Shown here: positions 11,201 through 21,078 of the stretch, one piece after another
How positions within the stretch are numbered: position 1 is the stretch's first letter
How the letters are laid out: each line of letters opens with the position of its first letter
Assembly (NCBI GenBank): GCA_963809895.1
Contig: CAWELD010000010.1
Location: 416,001-480,000, forward strand
Direction: 5' to 3'
DNA length: 64,000 bases
DNA from: an uncultured Gemmatimonadales bacterium
GTDB lineage: Bacteria; Gemmatimonadota; Gemmatimonadetes; Longimicrobiales; Gaopeijiaceae
Translations under genes and position numbers: made by a program
The notes under the pieces: model-generated
Told to the model about the DNA's origin: nothing
Databases searched by the model: none
Seen by the model: the letters and a program-made list of their open reading frames with translations, nothing else

Positions 11201-11893
11201 ATGAAACGACTCGTGCTCTTCGACATCGACGGGACGCTTGTGACCGGCGGCCCCGCCAAGGATGCCTTCCACGTGGCCCTGGTGGAGGCCTTCGGGACGG
11301 CAGGCGACATCCACGTGCATGATTTCGCCGGCAAGACCGATCCCCAGATCGCCCGGGAGCTGCTCAGGGGCGCGGGGCTGGACGACGCGGCCATCGACCG
11401 GGGATTGCCGGTGTTGTGGGCACGCTATCTGGACGAGCTGGCCCACCGCCTGCCCGGCATGCCCATGGAGGTTCTGCCGGGCGCGCGCGAGCTGGTGGTG
11501 GCGCTGGAGGAGCTGGCTGACGTGGCGCTGGGGCTGGTCACGGGGAACATCGTCGAGGGCGCCCGGCTCAAGCTCGGCTCGGCCGGACTGGATCGCCCGT
11601 TCCGCCTGGGGGGCTTCGGCTCGGACTCCGAAGAGCGGGATCACCTCCCGGGTGTCGCCCTGGAGCGCGCACGGGAGATGTGGGGCATCGAGTTTCCACC
11701 GTCCGAGGTGGTGGTCGTGGGGGACACGCCCCGTGACATCGCCTGCGGACGCGCCCACCGGCTCCGGACCGTGGGGGTCGCCACGGGACGCTACGCCGGG
11801 GGCGCCCTGCGTGCCGCCGGCGCCCACGAGGTGCTCGACGATTTCACCGACACCGATCACGTCGTCGAGATCCTGGCTCGCCGCATCGCTTGA
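11201..11893 (+). CDS. HAD-superfamily hydrolase (phosphoglycolate phosphatase-like)
   Basis: LVLFDIDGTL, AGKTD, LVTGN, VVGDTPRDI. Confidence 0.9.
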   Translation: MKRLVLFDIDGTLVTGGPAKDAFHVALVEAFGTAGDIHVHDFAGKTDPQIARELLRGAGLDDAAIDRGLPVLWARYLDELAHRLPGMPMEVLPGARELVVALEELADVALGLVTGNIVEGARLKLGSAGLDRPFRLGGFGSDSEERDHLPGVALERAREMWGIEFPPSEVVVVGDTPRDIACGRAHRLRTVGVATGRYAGGALRAAGAHEVLDDFTDTDHVVEILARRIA

Positions 11894-11971
11894 TCCCATC
11901 TCGCCCCGGCAGCATTTTCGGGGTCCGGCGAACCGGGACTCCCGGCCCGCGCGTTTCTCGAGAGAGGTGAC

Positions 11972-12682
11972 ATGAACAAGAACGTTGTGCTCGGCGTGAT
12001 CGTCCTGTTGCTGGTGGCGGCCATCGTCTACGGCGCTTCGAGCCGCGGCGGTGGCGGCGCGGCCACCGAGCCGGTGGAAGTCCCCGGCCTCGACGACAAT
12101 CAGACCCTGGTGAACATGGCGCAGGGCGTGACCATGGGCGAAGAGGACGCGCCGATCACCATCGCCGAGTTCGCCGACTACCAGTGCCCCGGCTGCATGG
12201 GGTTCGCCGGCACGGTGCAGCCCCAGGTCAAGCAGGTCTTCGTGGATAGCGGCAAGGCGAAGTTCATCTTCTACGACTTCCCGCTCACCACGCTGCACAT
12301 GCACTCGTTCCTGGCGGCCCGGGCAGCTCGCTGTGCCGACGATCAGGGCAAGTTCTGGGAGTACCACGACGCCCTCTTCCGCCACCAGTCCTCGTGGGCG
12401 GCGTCACCCACGCCGCCGGTGGACACCTTCGAGGACTACGCCGCCGAGGTCGGCCTGGATCAGGGTCAATTCAGGCGGTGCCTGCGGAGCGACAAGTACG
12501 CCGATGTCATCTCCGCGACCATGACGCTCGGTCAGGAACTGGGGGTGACGGGCACCCCGACCGTGATCATCAGTCGGGGCGGCATGACCCGTCGCGTATC
12601 CAACCCGTCGTTCGAGGGCATCAGCGCGGTGGTGGACGAGCTGTCGCCCGACACCGCGGCCGCGCCGGGCGGGACGCCGTGA
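11972..12682 (+). CDS. DsbA/thioredoxin-fold protein (BdbD-like), membrane anchored
   Basis: EFADYQCPGC, GVTGTPT cis-Pro loop, N-terminal TM, GAGG RBS. Confidence 0.9.
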   Translation: MNKNVVLGVIVLLLVAAIVYGASSRGGGGAATEPVEVPGLDDNQTLVNMAQGVTMGEEDAPITIAEFADYQCPGCMGFAGTVQPQVKQVFVDSGKAKFIFYDFPLTTLHMHSFLAARAARCADDQGKFWEYHDALFRHQSSWAASPTPPVDTFEDYAAEVGLDQGQFRRCLRSDKYADVISATMTLGQELGVTGTPTVIISRGGMTRRVSNPSFEGISAVVDELSPDTAAAPGGTP

Positions 12683-12684
12683 GC

Positions 12685-12873
12685 ATGAAGGTCCGACTTC
12701 TCTTCGTGGACGACGGGTCGTACCACCACGAAGACGTGCGCCTGCCGGGCGAGATCCTGGACGGCTACGAGCGGCTCATCGACTGCCTGCGCGAGGAGCC
12801 GACGGTGCTGGAACGCGTCTACGTGGACGTGGACCGCCTGTGCGCCGCCTGGGTGGTGGACGACGACGACTAG
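12685..12873 (+). CDS. Small acidic hypothetical protein (62 aa)
   Basis: MKVRLLFVDDGSYHHEDV...; starts 2 bp after the dsbA stop; GC3-rich codons. Confidence 0.65.
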   Translation: MKVRLLFVDDGSYHHEDVRLPGEILDGYERLIDCLREEPTVLERVYVDVDRLCAAWVVDDDD

Positions 12874-12965
12874 GCAGACCTCCACTGCTGGCCAAGCCGG
12901 CGGGGCCGGCCGCCTGCGCGCCGACCCCACCGGTCCCCTGGTCGTGCGTGGGACACCGCAGTACG

Positions 12966-14606
12966 TCAGAAGTGGGAGCGCGGTAGGGCGATCGTGGCCT
13001 CACTCCAGGCTGCACGGAACCGTTCTTCCACGCGTGCGGCTTCATCCGTGCGCCCCTGCGCTTTCAGGCTCAGAGCCAGGCCTCGCAGCGACCATCCGTT
13101 CTCCGGGAAGCGGTCGAGGTCGTCTCGGTAGGCTCGTTCGGCGTCGTCGGGCCTGCCGGCGTCGAGATAGGCCTGGCCGAGCGTATGGCGAACCGGTCGA
13201 TACCAGAGCGGAGGCTCGTCGTAGAGCAGGCCGTCCTCCACGTCGCGTGCCCGCTCGAAGATCTCCACTGCTTCGTCGGCTCGTCCGGCGCGCAGAGCGA
13301 TCTCTCCCTCGAGCATGAGCGGAGCGATGTGGGGGATGGGGTTGGCGTCGGGAGGACCCTCGGTTCCCTGCGTCACTTCCACGACGCGGGAGAGAACGGC
13401 CTGCGCCTCACCGGTCCGCCCCAGAGCCGCGAGGGCAGTGCCTCGTGCGTACAGCGCCATCAGGGTCGCCTGCTCGAGCTCGGGTGCGGGCATGGGCTCG
13501 TCCAACACGGCGCTCCACTCGCCGAACGTCAGAAGCGTCAGCTGCGGCAGGACGACTGCATTCTGGATCCAGTAGACGTCTCGCGCCACCTCGAGGGGTA
13601 CCCGGGGCGCCACGGTGCGCGAGGCCTCCAGCGCCGTCTCCTTCATGCCCGCCATGGTCGCTGCGAAGGCCATGAAATGGTAGTTGTGTGGGTAGTAGGC
13701 ACCGGTGTAGAGCGAGGGGCCGCCCATGTCCGCCATCATCGCCTCGTCGGCGTGGACGGCGTGCTCGTTCACCCGGACCGCGTCCGCGTACCGGCCCACA
13801 CGGATGTAGATGTGTCCCGGCATGTGCACGATGTGTCCCGCACCCGGCATGAGGTTGGCGAGACGCTCCGCACACGCCACCGCGCGTTCAGGAAACGCGG
13901 CCTCGACGAGATGGATGTAGTAGTGGCAGGCACCCGGATGCTCGGGGTTTGCGGCCACGGCACGCCCCAGGACGTCGAGGATACGCTCGGTCCCGGCCCG
14001 GGGGCTGCGATCGCCGTAGGGTCCCGACCAGTAGTTCCACGGGCTCAGATTCATGAGGGCCGCACCATAGAGCGTGAGGATGTCGGGATCTCCGGGGAAC
14101 CGACGGGCGGCGTCCTCCAGGGCACGGGCGTACGCGGAGTCGTGAGCCGGTGTCTGGGCGGAAGGCTCGTCCGCGTATCGGACGGCGATCGCGTCGATCA
14201 GGGCCCGTTCCACAGGGGTAGCCGCGCCGCTGCGCTTCCGCGCCTCCATGGCAGCTTCCCGCGCACCCTTCGGGTCGAGTCCCGGTGCGTTGATGTTGTG
14301 ACCGGAGGCCAACGCAACGCCCCACCAGCACATCGCACAGTCCGGATCAGCCCGCAGCGCCTCGCGGTAAGAGCGGATCGCCTCGGGATGGTTGAAGGCG
14401 TACTGGAGGCGCAGGCCCTGATCGAAGAATGCCTGGGCGCGGGGGGACGACGTGCTGACGGTCCTCGTATGGGTTCCCAGATCGTCGTGGAGGACGACGG
14501 CCGTGTCGTTCGTGTCCGCATCGGGAGGGCGTTGCTGGGCAGACAACCCCAGAGTGCTCAAGCCCAGCAGGGGTACGAAGCCCAGCTTCGACAAGCTGCG
14601 GTGCAT
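12966..14606 (-). CDS. Secreted His-rich tetratricopeptide-repeat protein
   Basis: Signal peptide; AQAFFDQGL..YAFNH.EA, PDCAMCWWG, HYYIH, HMPGHIY, YPHNYHF, YDEPPLW, PENGWSL; GGAGG RBS. Confidence 0.85.
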   Translation of the reverse strand: MHRSLSKLGFVPLLGLSTLGLSAQQRPPDADTNDTAVVLHDDLGTHTRTVSTSSPRAQAFFDQGLRLQYAFNHPEAIRSYREALRADPDCAMCWWGVALASGHNINAPGLDPKGAREAAMEARKRSGAATPVERALIDAIAVRYADEPSAQTPAHDSAYARALEDAARRFPGDPDILTLYGAALMNLSPWNYWSGPYGDRSPRAGTERILDVLGRAVAANPEHPGACHYYIHLVEAAFPERAVACAERLANLMPGAGHIVHMPGHIYIRVGRYADAVRVNEHAVHADEAMMADMGGPSLYTGAYYPHNYHFMAFAATMAGMKETALEASRTVAPRVPLEVARDVYWIQNAVVLPQLTLLTFGEWSAVLDEPMPAPELEQATLMALYARGTALAALGRTGEAQAVLSRVVEVTQGTEGPPDANPIPHIAPLMLEGEIALRAGRADEAVEIFERARDVEDGLLYDEPPLWYRPVRHTLGQAYLDAGRPDDAERAYRDDLDRFPENGWSLRGLALSLKAQGRTDEAARVEERFRAAWSEATIALPRSHF

Positions 14607-14645
14607 GGGAGACCTCCTATCACTGAAGTGACGTAGAATCTATTT

Positions 14646-14665
14646 TAGACTGACTGGTCAGTATA
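14646..14665. promoter_or_regulatory. Putative TetR operator palindrome
   Basis: TAGACTGAC-TG-GTCAGTATA with a perfect ACTGAC/GTCAGT core, in the AT-rich divergent intergenic region. Confidence 0.65.
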
Positions 14666-14750
14666 ACATAGAAAAAGGCCATTCGCGGGTGTCGTCAAGG
14701 GGCGCGCGCTCTGGCATCAGCTCGGAACGATCAGCGCGTTTCAGGGTTCT

Positions 14751-14766
14751 TGTACCGAACGGTTCA
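14751..14766. promoter_or_regulatory. Second operator-like palindrome upstream of the TetR gene
   Basis: TGTACCG-AA-CGGTTCA near-palindrome about 25 bp before the TetR ATG. Confidence 0.45.
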
Positions 14767-14790
14767 TAAAACAAACGCTACGGAGTGAGA

Positions 14791-15426
14791 ATGCCTCGAG
14801 ACGCCGGTCCGACCCGGGAGAGGATCATCCAGACTGCTCATCGGGTCATTCTGGAGCGAGGCTTCGCCAGCACCTCGATCGACGACATCACCGAACGCGC
14901 CGGCATCAGCCGGGGCACGTTCTTCTATCACTTCGCCACCAAGGACGACCTGGCCCGCACGCTGATCCACCGGCACGCTGCCGAGGATCGGGAGCTGGCG
15001 GAGCGCTTCATGGAGCGCGCCGAGGGTCTGGCTCGGGACCCGCTCCAGCAGTTGCTGATCTTCTTCGGGCTCTACATCGAGCTCGTATCCGAAACCACGG
15101 CCGAGCGCCCGCCGGGATGTCTCTTCGCCTCCTTCTCCTACGAGGCCGGGGTGTTCGACGAGGACACCATGAGAACCATCCGCGAGGCCTTCGATTTCTG
15201 GCGCGAGCTGGTCGGCGCGAAGATCGGGGAGGCCGCCCGGGCGCATCCGCCGGACCGTGGCCTGAAGCCCCACGACCTGGCAGACTTCGCGTATACGGTC
15301 TTCGAGGGCGGGATGATCATGGCTCGGGTGAGGGGAAATCCCCAGGCGCTGGCCGATCAGCTCATCCTCTACCGAGACTATCTCGAACACCTGTTCGGTG
15401 TCGCTTCCGCCGCGGCGGGGGCCTGA
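14791..15426 (+). CDS. TetR/AcrR family transcriptional regulator
   Basis: HTH: TRERIIQTA...GFASTSIDDITERAGISRGTFFYHFATKDDL; C-terminal PPGCLF. Confidence 0.93.
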   Translation: MPRDAGPTRERIIQTAHRVILERGFASTSIDDITERAGISRGTFFYHFATKDDLARTLIHRHAAEDRELAERFMERAEGLARDPLQQLLIFFGLYIELVSETTAERPPGCLFASFSYEAGVFDEDTMRTIREAFDFWRELVGAKIGEAARAHPPDRGLKPHDLADFAYTVFEGGMIMARVRGNPQALADQLILYRDYLEHLFGVASAAAGA

Positions 15427-15462
15427 GCCGTCGACTGGCTCAACGCGGCCGGTGGCGTGGTG

Positions 15463-16044
15463 TCACCGGGCCCGGACGTCACCGATGCGCCGCACCCGCT
15501 CCAGCGTCCAGGCGTCGACGACCGGCGGGGGCCAGCGGCCCTGGTCGTGGGCGGCGCGGATCCGCTCCACCTCGTCCCGGGCACGGCGAGCCGTGCCCTC
15601 GTCGACCCAGCCGTGGGCGAGGGCCTCGTCGAGCTGCTCGCGGTCGAGGACTTCCAGATCGCCGCCGGGGCCGAGCCACACGTCCAGGAAGAGGTCGGTG
15701 GTGTCCCAGCGGACGACGGCGCCGGGCTCGGCCGAGGCAGGCCCTTGCCCGGCGGACTCCAGCACGGGTGGCGTCAGGATGTTCGCGTAGAGCCCCGTGA
15801 AGGTGCCGTCGGCCGTGTGGAAGCGACCGATGTCGTGCCATCGGCCGGGAAAGGTGAACCACACCACGGGCGACCCAGGCTCGAGGATCGTGGCGCCCCC
15901 CACGCGCAGGGGCCGCTCGACCGGCGTGTCGGGCTGATAGGAGACCTTCACTTCGGGATGGTCGACGACGAGCTCCTGCACGTAGACCTGGAGGCGATCG
16001 GGGGGCCGCAGATAGTGGATGTGGACGGTGCGGCCCGGGCTCAC
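15463..16044 (-). CDS. DUF402 (FomD/Ntdp-like) protein
   Basis: WFTFPGRWHDIGRF, YANILTP, DLFLDVW, VLDREQLDEA; GTG overlaps the upstream stop. Confidence 0.75.
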   Translation of the reverse strand: MSPGRTVHIHYLRPPDRLQVYVQELVVDHPEVKVSYQPDTPVERPLRVGGATILEPGSPVVWFTFPGRWHDIGRFHTADGTFTGLYANILTPPVLESAGQGPASAEPGAVVRWDTTDLFLDVWLGPGGDLEVLDREQLDEALAHGWVDEGTARRARDEVERIRAAHDQGRWPPPVVDAWTLERVRRIGDVRAR

Positions 16045-16364
16045 ACGGCCTCCACGTAGATCTCCATCACGCCGCCGCACACGGCCGGGCTCCAGGAGAG
16101 GAGGTCCCGGGTGAGGTCGACGCTCACTAGTTCGGGCGCTCCCGTGTCGACGACTCGCCGGGCGGCTTCCAGCACCTCGGCCTCGCCACATCCGCCGCCC
16201 ACCGTGCCGACCAGGCCCCGCTCGGGGTCCACCAGCATCTTGGTGCCGGTCTTGCGCGGGGTGGAGCCACGGGTGTCGATCACCGTGGCCAGGGCGCAGC
16301 GCCGGCCTTCGGCGCGGGCCTCCACGACCGCTCGCAGCAGCTCCAGGTCCTGCTGTCGAATCAT
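16041..16364 (-). CDS. Stand-alone XdhC/CoxI N-terminal domain protein
   Basis: ALATVIDTRGSTPRKTGTKM, GTVGGGCGEAEV, VCGGVMEIYVE; ATGA overlap. Confidence 0.85.
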   Translation of the reverse strand: MIRQQDLELLRAVVEARAEGRRCALATVIDTRGSTPRKTGTKMLVDPERGLVGTVGGGCGEAEVLEAARRVVDTGAPELVSVDLTRDLLSWSPAVCGGVMEIYVEAV

Positions 16365-17794
16365 GCCGGGTCCTCCTGGTGCGTCGGCTCGAAAAAACGT
16401 TCCAGAACGCGCTCCACGTCGCGCAGGGGGCGCCCGCTTCCGCCGCGCCAGGCCAGCACCAGCTCGGCCGCGACGCTGACGGCGATCTCCGCCGGGGTCT
16501 CGGCTCCCAGGTCCAGGCCCACCGGGGCCCGTATCTCGGCGAGACGCGCCCTCGGGATGCCCTCGTCCAGGAGAGCTGCCCACGTGGCGCGCACCCGGCG
16601 GCGGCTCCCGATCATCCCCACGTAGCGTGGCCGAACGGGCTGCAGAAGGATCCGCCGGAGGCACTCGAAGTCGTAGCGGTGCCCGCGGGTCACGAGCACC
16701 AGGTGCGTGAGCGGACGGATGGAGAGGTCCGCGAAGGGGTCCTGGAAATCCACCCGCAGGATCTCGTCGGCTTCCGGAAAGCGCTCGCCGGTGGCGAACT
16801 CGGGCCGGTCGTCCAGGATCCGTACGCGGAATCCCAGCAGCGCCCCGACGGTGCACAGCGGCTGCGCGATGTGGCCGGCCCCGACGATGACCAGGTCGGG
16901 CCGCGGCACGTGCAGCTCCGCGTAGAGCCCGTCGTGGAGGCCTTCCTGCTCACTACCGTCCAGGACAGCCGTGGCCATGCGGTCGGCGGTCCCGTCCAAG
17001 TCGGCATCGCCGAGGGAGCCGTGCACGTCCAGGACCGCACCGTTCGCGTCGTCGAACCCCTCCACGGCGACCCGGCGAGCGGCCGCGTCGCCGCCCACGC
17101 CGGGTCGCAGCACCACCACGACCCGGCGTCCCGCGTCCATGGCCTCCAACACGAGGGCGGCGGCATCCGCGGCGTCCACGGTGCGTCCGGGAAAGGCCCG
17201 ACGATAGTCGGTCGGGGTGTCGACGTCGTCCAGCACGCCCTCGTCCGACACGGCCACCTCGCGGCGTCGCGCGGCGTAGCGGTGCACCACCGTGCGTGGG
17301 CCCTGGGGAAGATCCGGCTCGAGCAACTCCGGAAAGAGGTCGGCGTGGAGCAGCACGGGATGGCCCGTGCGGCCGTCGAAGGCGGGCTCCGTCACCGGCG
17401 CTCCCTCGCGCCGGAAATCGTCGATGAGGGCCCGCACCGTGGCCGTCTGGACGCGCGGATGGTCCACCGGGTGCACGAGGACGCCGGCCACGTCGTCGGG
17501 GAGCCCGTCGAGTCCCACGCGCAACGAGGAGGCCAGCCCGCCGCGCCGTGGGTGGTCCGGCTCGGGATTCACGGCCACGGTGGCCCCGGCGGCCCGTGCC
17601 GCCTCGGCCTCGGCGCCGTCGGCGTCGCGCACGACCACGACCACGGGAGCGGCCCCGCCCGCCACAAGCGTTTCGACCACGCGGCGCACGAAGGGTCGGC
17701 CGTCGGCATCGAGAAGGGCCTTGGAGCGGCCCATGCGTGCCGATCGGCCGGCACAGGGCACCACCGCCGCCACGGGTCCGGGAAGCGGTGTCAC
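16361..17794 (-). CDS. Fusion of a MocA-like molybdopterin nucleotidyltransferase and the XdhC C-terminal Rossmann domain
   Basis: N-terminal AGRSARMGRSKALL, PVDHP, GHPVL, DVDTPTDY; C-terminal IVGAGHIA, LDDRPEFA, VTRGHRYD, YVGMIGSRRR, PVGLDLGAETPAEIAVSV. Confidence 0.85.
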   Translation of the reverse strand: MTPLPGPVAAVVPCAGRSARMGRSKALLDADGRPFVRRVVETLVAGGAAPVVVVVRDADGAEAEAARAAGATVAVNPEPDHPRRGGLASSLRVGLDGLPDDVAGVLVHPVDHPRVQTATVRALIDDFRREGAPVTEPAFDGRTGHPVLLHADLFPELLEPDLPQGPRTVVHRYAARRREVAVSDEGVLDDVDTPTDYRRAFPGRTVDAADAAALVLEAMDAGRRVVVVLRPGVGGDAAARRVAVEGFDDANGAVLDVHGSLGDADLDGTADRMATAVLDGSEQEGLHDGLYAELHVPRPDLVIVGAGHIAQPLCTVGALLGFRVRILDDRPEFATGERFPEADEILRVDFQDPFADLSIRPLTHLVLVTRGHRYDFECLRRILLQPVRPRYVGMIGSRRRVRATWAALLDEGIPRARLAEIRAPVGLDLGAETPAEIAVSVAAELVLAWRGGSGRPLRDVERVLERFFEPTHQEDPA

Positions 17795-17819
17795 GGATCC
17801 ATCCCGCCGTGGGCCGGCA

Positions 17820-20006
17820 TCATGTGGGCCGCCGGGCTCCACCGAACGCGTCGTAGAAGCGGCGGTCCTCGTCGGCCAGCCGTAGCAGAAGCTCGGCGGG
17901 CGCGAAGCGGGGCCCTACGCGCTCCTCCAGGGCTCGGAGGCGCTCCACCAGGCTGCGGGGATGGTGGGTGTCGGCGAAGCGCAGCAGGCCGCCACGGAAC
18001 GGTGGAAAGCCGGTGCCCATGATCATCCCCAGATCCACGTCCGCCGCGCTGGCGACGATGCCGTCGTCCAGCACTCGCGCCGCCTCGTTGATCATCGCCA
18101 GGACGAGCCGCGCCCGGATGTCGCCCGTATCGATTCCGCCCCGCTCCGCCGGTACCGACGGGCCGAGGTCCGTGTAGACGGACTCGTCCACGCCCTCGGC
18201 CTTGCCGTCCTCGTAGCGGTAGAACCCCCGGCCGTTCTTGCGGCCCAGGCGGTCGGTGGCCTCCAGAGCCGTGAGCGGGGGTGCCGGGGCCATGCGCGCG
18301 CCGAACGCCTCGTGGAGCGTATCGCCCGCGTGCCGGGCGATGTCGATGCCCACCTCGTCGATGAGGCGGATCGGTCCCATGGGCATGCCGAAGTCGGTGG
18401 CCGCGCGGTCGACCTCCTCGACGGTGGCGCCCTCGGCCAGGAGCCAGCCGGCCTCGTTCAGGTACGGACCCAGGATGCGATTCACCAGGAAGCCGGGCCC
18501 GTCGTTGCACACCACGGGCACCTTGCCGAGGGTCACGGCGAAGGCGTGCACGGTGGCGACGGTGTCGTCGGAGGTGGCGTGGCCGCGAACGACCTCCACC
18601 AACGGCATGCGGTGCACGGGATTGAAGAAGTGCATGCCACAGAAGTCGGCCGGACGGGCCAGCGCCTCGGCCATGTCGTCCACCGACAGCGACGACGTGT
18701 TGGTGGCGAGGATGCACCCGGCCCTGACCACGCCTTCCATCTCGCGCAGCACGGAGCGCTTCACGTCCATGCGCTCCACCACGGCCTCCACCACGAGGTC
18801 GGCCGTCTGGAACCCGTGATACTCCAGGCCGCCCGACACCAGCCCCATCTTGTGATCGGCCTCCCGGCGGGAGAGCTTGTGGCGCTCCACGGCCTTGTCG
18901 AAGAGCCCGCGCGCGTGCTGGAGCCCGCTGGCCACGGCCTCGTCGCGGATGTCCTTGAGGCGCACTTCCACGTCGTTGTACGCGGCGAGCTGGGCGATGC
19001 CACCGCCCATGACACCCGCCCCGACCACGCCCAGGTGCTCCACCTCGTGCGCGCGACCCTCCGGCACGACCCGCGCGGTCTTGCGGGCGTCTTCACGCAG
19101 ATGGAAGACGTGCAGGAGGTTCCGGTGCACCGACGTGGCCGTGAGCTCGCCGAAGGCACGCGCCTCGATGCGGAGCGCATCCGGCACCGGCTTGCCCAGG
19201 GAGCGTTTGAGCACCTCCAGGATCTTGAGGGGGGCCGGATAGTGTCCTCCGGTCTCGTGCTTCACCCGGCGGCGGGCAGTGGCCAGGACGATGCGCCGGC
19301 CGGGGACGGTGTCCTCGAGCAGCCGCTTTCCCAGCCCGCGCTTGCGGCGCGAGGCGCCGTCGGGGAGATCCGGCGCCCGCAGCGCGAACTCGCGCACCGA
19401 TTCGCGAAAGATCTCGGCGGGCAGAATCTCCGAGACCAGGCCGAGGCGGCGTGCCTTCGAGGGCCTGGCCGGGGAGCCGGTCAGGAGCATGGGCAGCGCG
19501 GCCTGCAGCCCGACGAGCCTCGGTAGCCGGGTGGTTCCGCCCCAGCCGGGCAGGAGCCCGAGCTGGACCTCGGGGAATCCCAGGCGCGTGGCCGCGCGAT
19601 CGGAGCAGACCCGGAAGCGACAGGCCAGCGCCAGCTCCAGACCTCCTCCCAGGCAGATCCCGTCGACCGCCGCCACCGTGGCCACGGGCAGCCGCTCCAC
19701 GTCCATGAAGATCGCCTGCCCCAGGAGCGACTTGGCCTCGCCATCGGCCGGATCCTGAATGGCGGCGATGGCTTCGACATCGGCCCCGGCGATGAACGTC
19801 GCGGGCTTGCCGCTGATGAACACCACGACCTTCACGGTCCCGGCGCTCACCTCCCTGGTGACCTCCTGGAGCAGCTCGCCGAGTCGGCGCACGACCTGCT
19901 CGTCGAGCACGTTCTGACTGCGATCCGGGTCGTCGAACTCGATCCACGCGACGCCGTCGGCGTCGATGGACAGCGTGGGATTGGGATGGGGCGTTGGATC
20001 GGCCAT
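17820..20006 (-). CDS. Multifunctional fatty-acid oxidation alpha subunit (enoyl-CoA hydratase / 3-hydroxyacyl-CoA dehydrogenase; FadJ/FadB-like)
   Basis: FIAGADV, CLGGGLE, PEVQLGLLPGWGGT, GAGVMGGGIA, TNTSSL, GMHFFNPV, PGFLVNR. Confidence 0.93.
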   Translation of the reverse strand: MADPTPHPNPTLSIDADGVAWIEFDDPDRSQNVLDEQVVRRLGELLQEVTREVSAGTVKVVVFISGKPATFIAGADVEAIAAIQDPADGEAKSLLGQAIFMDVERLPVATVAAVDGICLGGGLELALACRFRVCSDRAATRLGFPEVQLGLLPGWGGTTRLPRLVGLQAALPMLLTGSPARPSKARRLGLVSEILPAEIFRESVREFALRAPDLPDGASRRKRGLGKRLLEDTVPGRRIVLATARRRVKHETGGHYPAPLKILEVLKRSLGKPVPDALRIEARAFGELTATSVHRNLLHVFHLREDARKTARVVPEGRAHEVEHLGVVGAGVMGGGIAQLAAYNDVEVRLKDIRDEAVASGLQHARGLFDKAVERHKLSRREADHKMGLVSGGLEYHGFQTADLVVEAVVERMDVKRSVLREMEGVVRAGCILATNTSSLSVDDMAEALARPADFCGMHFFNPVHRMPLVEVVRGHATSDDTVATVHAFAVTLGKVPVVCNDGPGFLVNRILGPYLNEAGWLLAEGATVEEVDRAATDFGMPMGPIRLIDEVGIDIARHAGDTLHEAFGARMAPAPPLTALEATDRLGRKNGRGFYRYEDGKAEGVDESVYTDLGPSVPAERGGIDTGDIRARLVLAMINEAARVLDDGIVASAADVDLGMIMGTGFPPFRGGLLRFADTHHPRSLVERLRALEERVGPRFAPAELLLRLADEDRRFYDAFGGARRPT

Positions 20007-20136
20007 GGCTGGGCAGGCGGTCGGGGCGCGGGAAGGTCCACTCGCGGATGACTCCGCAATCTACCGCACCGTGCCTACCCCGACAGCGGCCGCGGGTGCG
20101 GCGCCGATTCGCGACGGGCGCTACCCAACACGAGGC

Positions 20137-20170
20137 GAGGCCCCGGACGCGCTGTGGCGTCCGGGGCCTC
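20137..20170 (-). terminator. 14-bp perfect GC stem-loop downstream of the accA-metG gene run (possible terminator)
   Basis: GAGGCCCCGGACGC-GCTGTG-GCGTCCGGGGCCTC; lacks a strong U-tract. Confidence 0.5.
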
Positions 20171-20209
20171 CGTTCCGTTGATCAACTCCGCCGGAGCGGC
20201 GGGCTCGAC

Positions 20210-20986
20210 TCAGAACTTGGGCCGCATCTCCGCGTTGCCGCGGGCGAGCGTGAACGTCACCGGCTCGCCACGCGCCACATCGAGCTCCTCGTTCCAGTAG
20301 AGCTCGGAATAGGGCTCGGCGTAGCGGGCGTAGACCCAGTAGTGGCCCGGCTTCACCTCGAAGCGCGCCACCCCCTGGGCATCGGTGGTGTCGGTGGCAA
20401 TGGGCAGGCCCGAAGCGCGCTGGTGCGCCAACATGACCGCGTCCACGTCGGCGTAGGCCTCGTTGGCCCACTCGTCGTACTGGACCCGGTACTCCTGCGC
20501 CCGCTGGATGTTGGCCTTGGAGAGCGAGTCGAACACCGCGAACGCCTGATCCTTGCGGCGTTCCACCTGACCCAGCTGCGCGTCCATATCGTTGAACTCC
20601 CGGTAGAGGACCGTATAGCGGGCCTCTCCTCGGGAGAACTGGTCCATGGTCTCCTTGATCGTCTGGAGCGTGTCGCGGAGCGTGTTCCAACGGCTCTCGA
20701 GGTCGCGCCAGGTGCGCTGAGCGTCGGCCGTCTCGTTCTGGGCGTCCAGGAGCTCCTGGGGGACCTGGGGCTCAGGCGCCGCGGCCGCGCTGGTCAGCGA
20801 GTCGAAGATCTGGTCGCGATCGAAGGGAAGGAGCTGCACCTCGAGATCGGAGAGCTGGCGGGTCACCGTCTCTCCGGTGGCCGGGTCCTCCAGGTCGATC
20901 TCGGCGGTGACCACCACTTCCGCGGGACCGCAGGCCGCGAGGGCCAACGCCGTCGCGGCGGTGAAGAGGAGGGAGAAGCGCTTCAT
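20210..20986 (-). CDS. Hypothetical lipoprotein with central coiled coil
   Basis: MKRFSLLFTAATALALAACG lipobox; heptad-rich middle; C-terminal TTDAQGVARFEVKPGHYWVYAR beta segment; GGAG RBS. Confidence 0.75.
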   Translation of the reverse strand: MKRFSLLFTAATALALAACGPAEVVVTAEIDLEDPATGETVTRQLSDLEVQLLPFDRDQIFDSLTSAAAAPEPQVPQELLDAQNETADAQRTWRDLESRWNTLRDTLQTIKETMDQFSRGEARYTVLYREFNDMDAQLGQVERRKDQAFAVFDSLSKANIQRAQEYRVQYDEWANEAYADVDAVMLAHQRASGLPIATDTTDAQGVARFEVKPGHYWVYARYAEPYSELYWNEELDVARGEPVTFTLARGNAEMRPKF

Positions 20987-21078
20987 GTGGACACTCCGTA
21001 AGTCGTTCCGGACAGGGTCAGGCGGCGAAAGTACACGCGGCCCGAGGGGTCGACAAGGTTTCCGGGTGTATCGGACGC

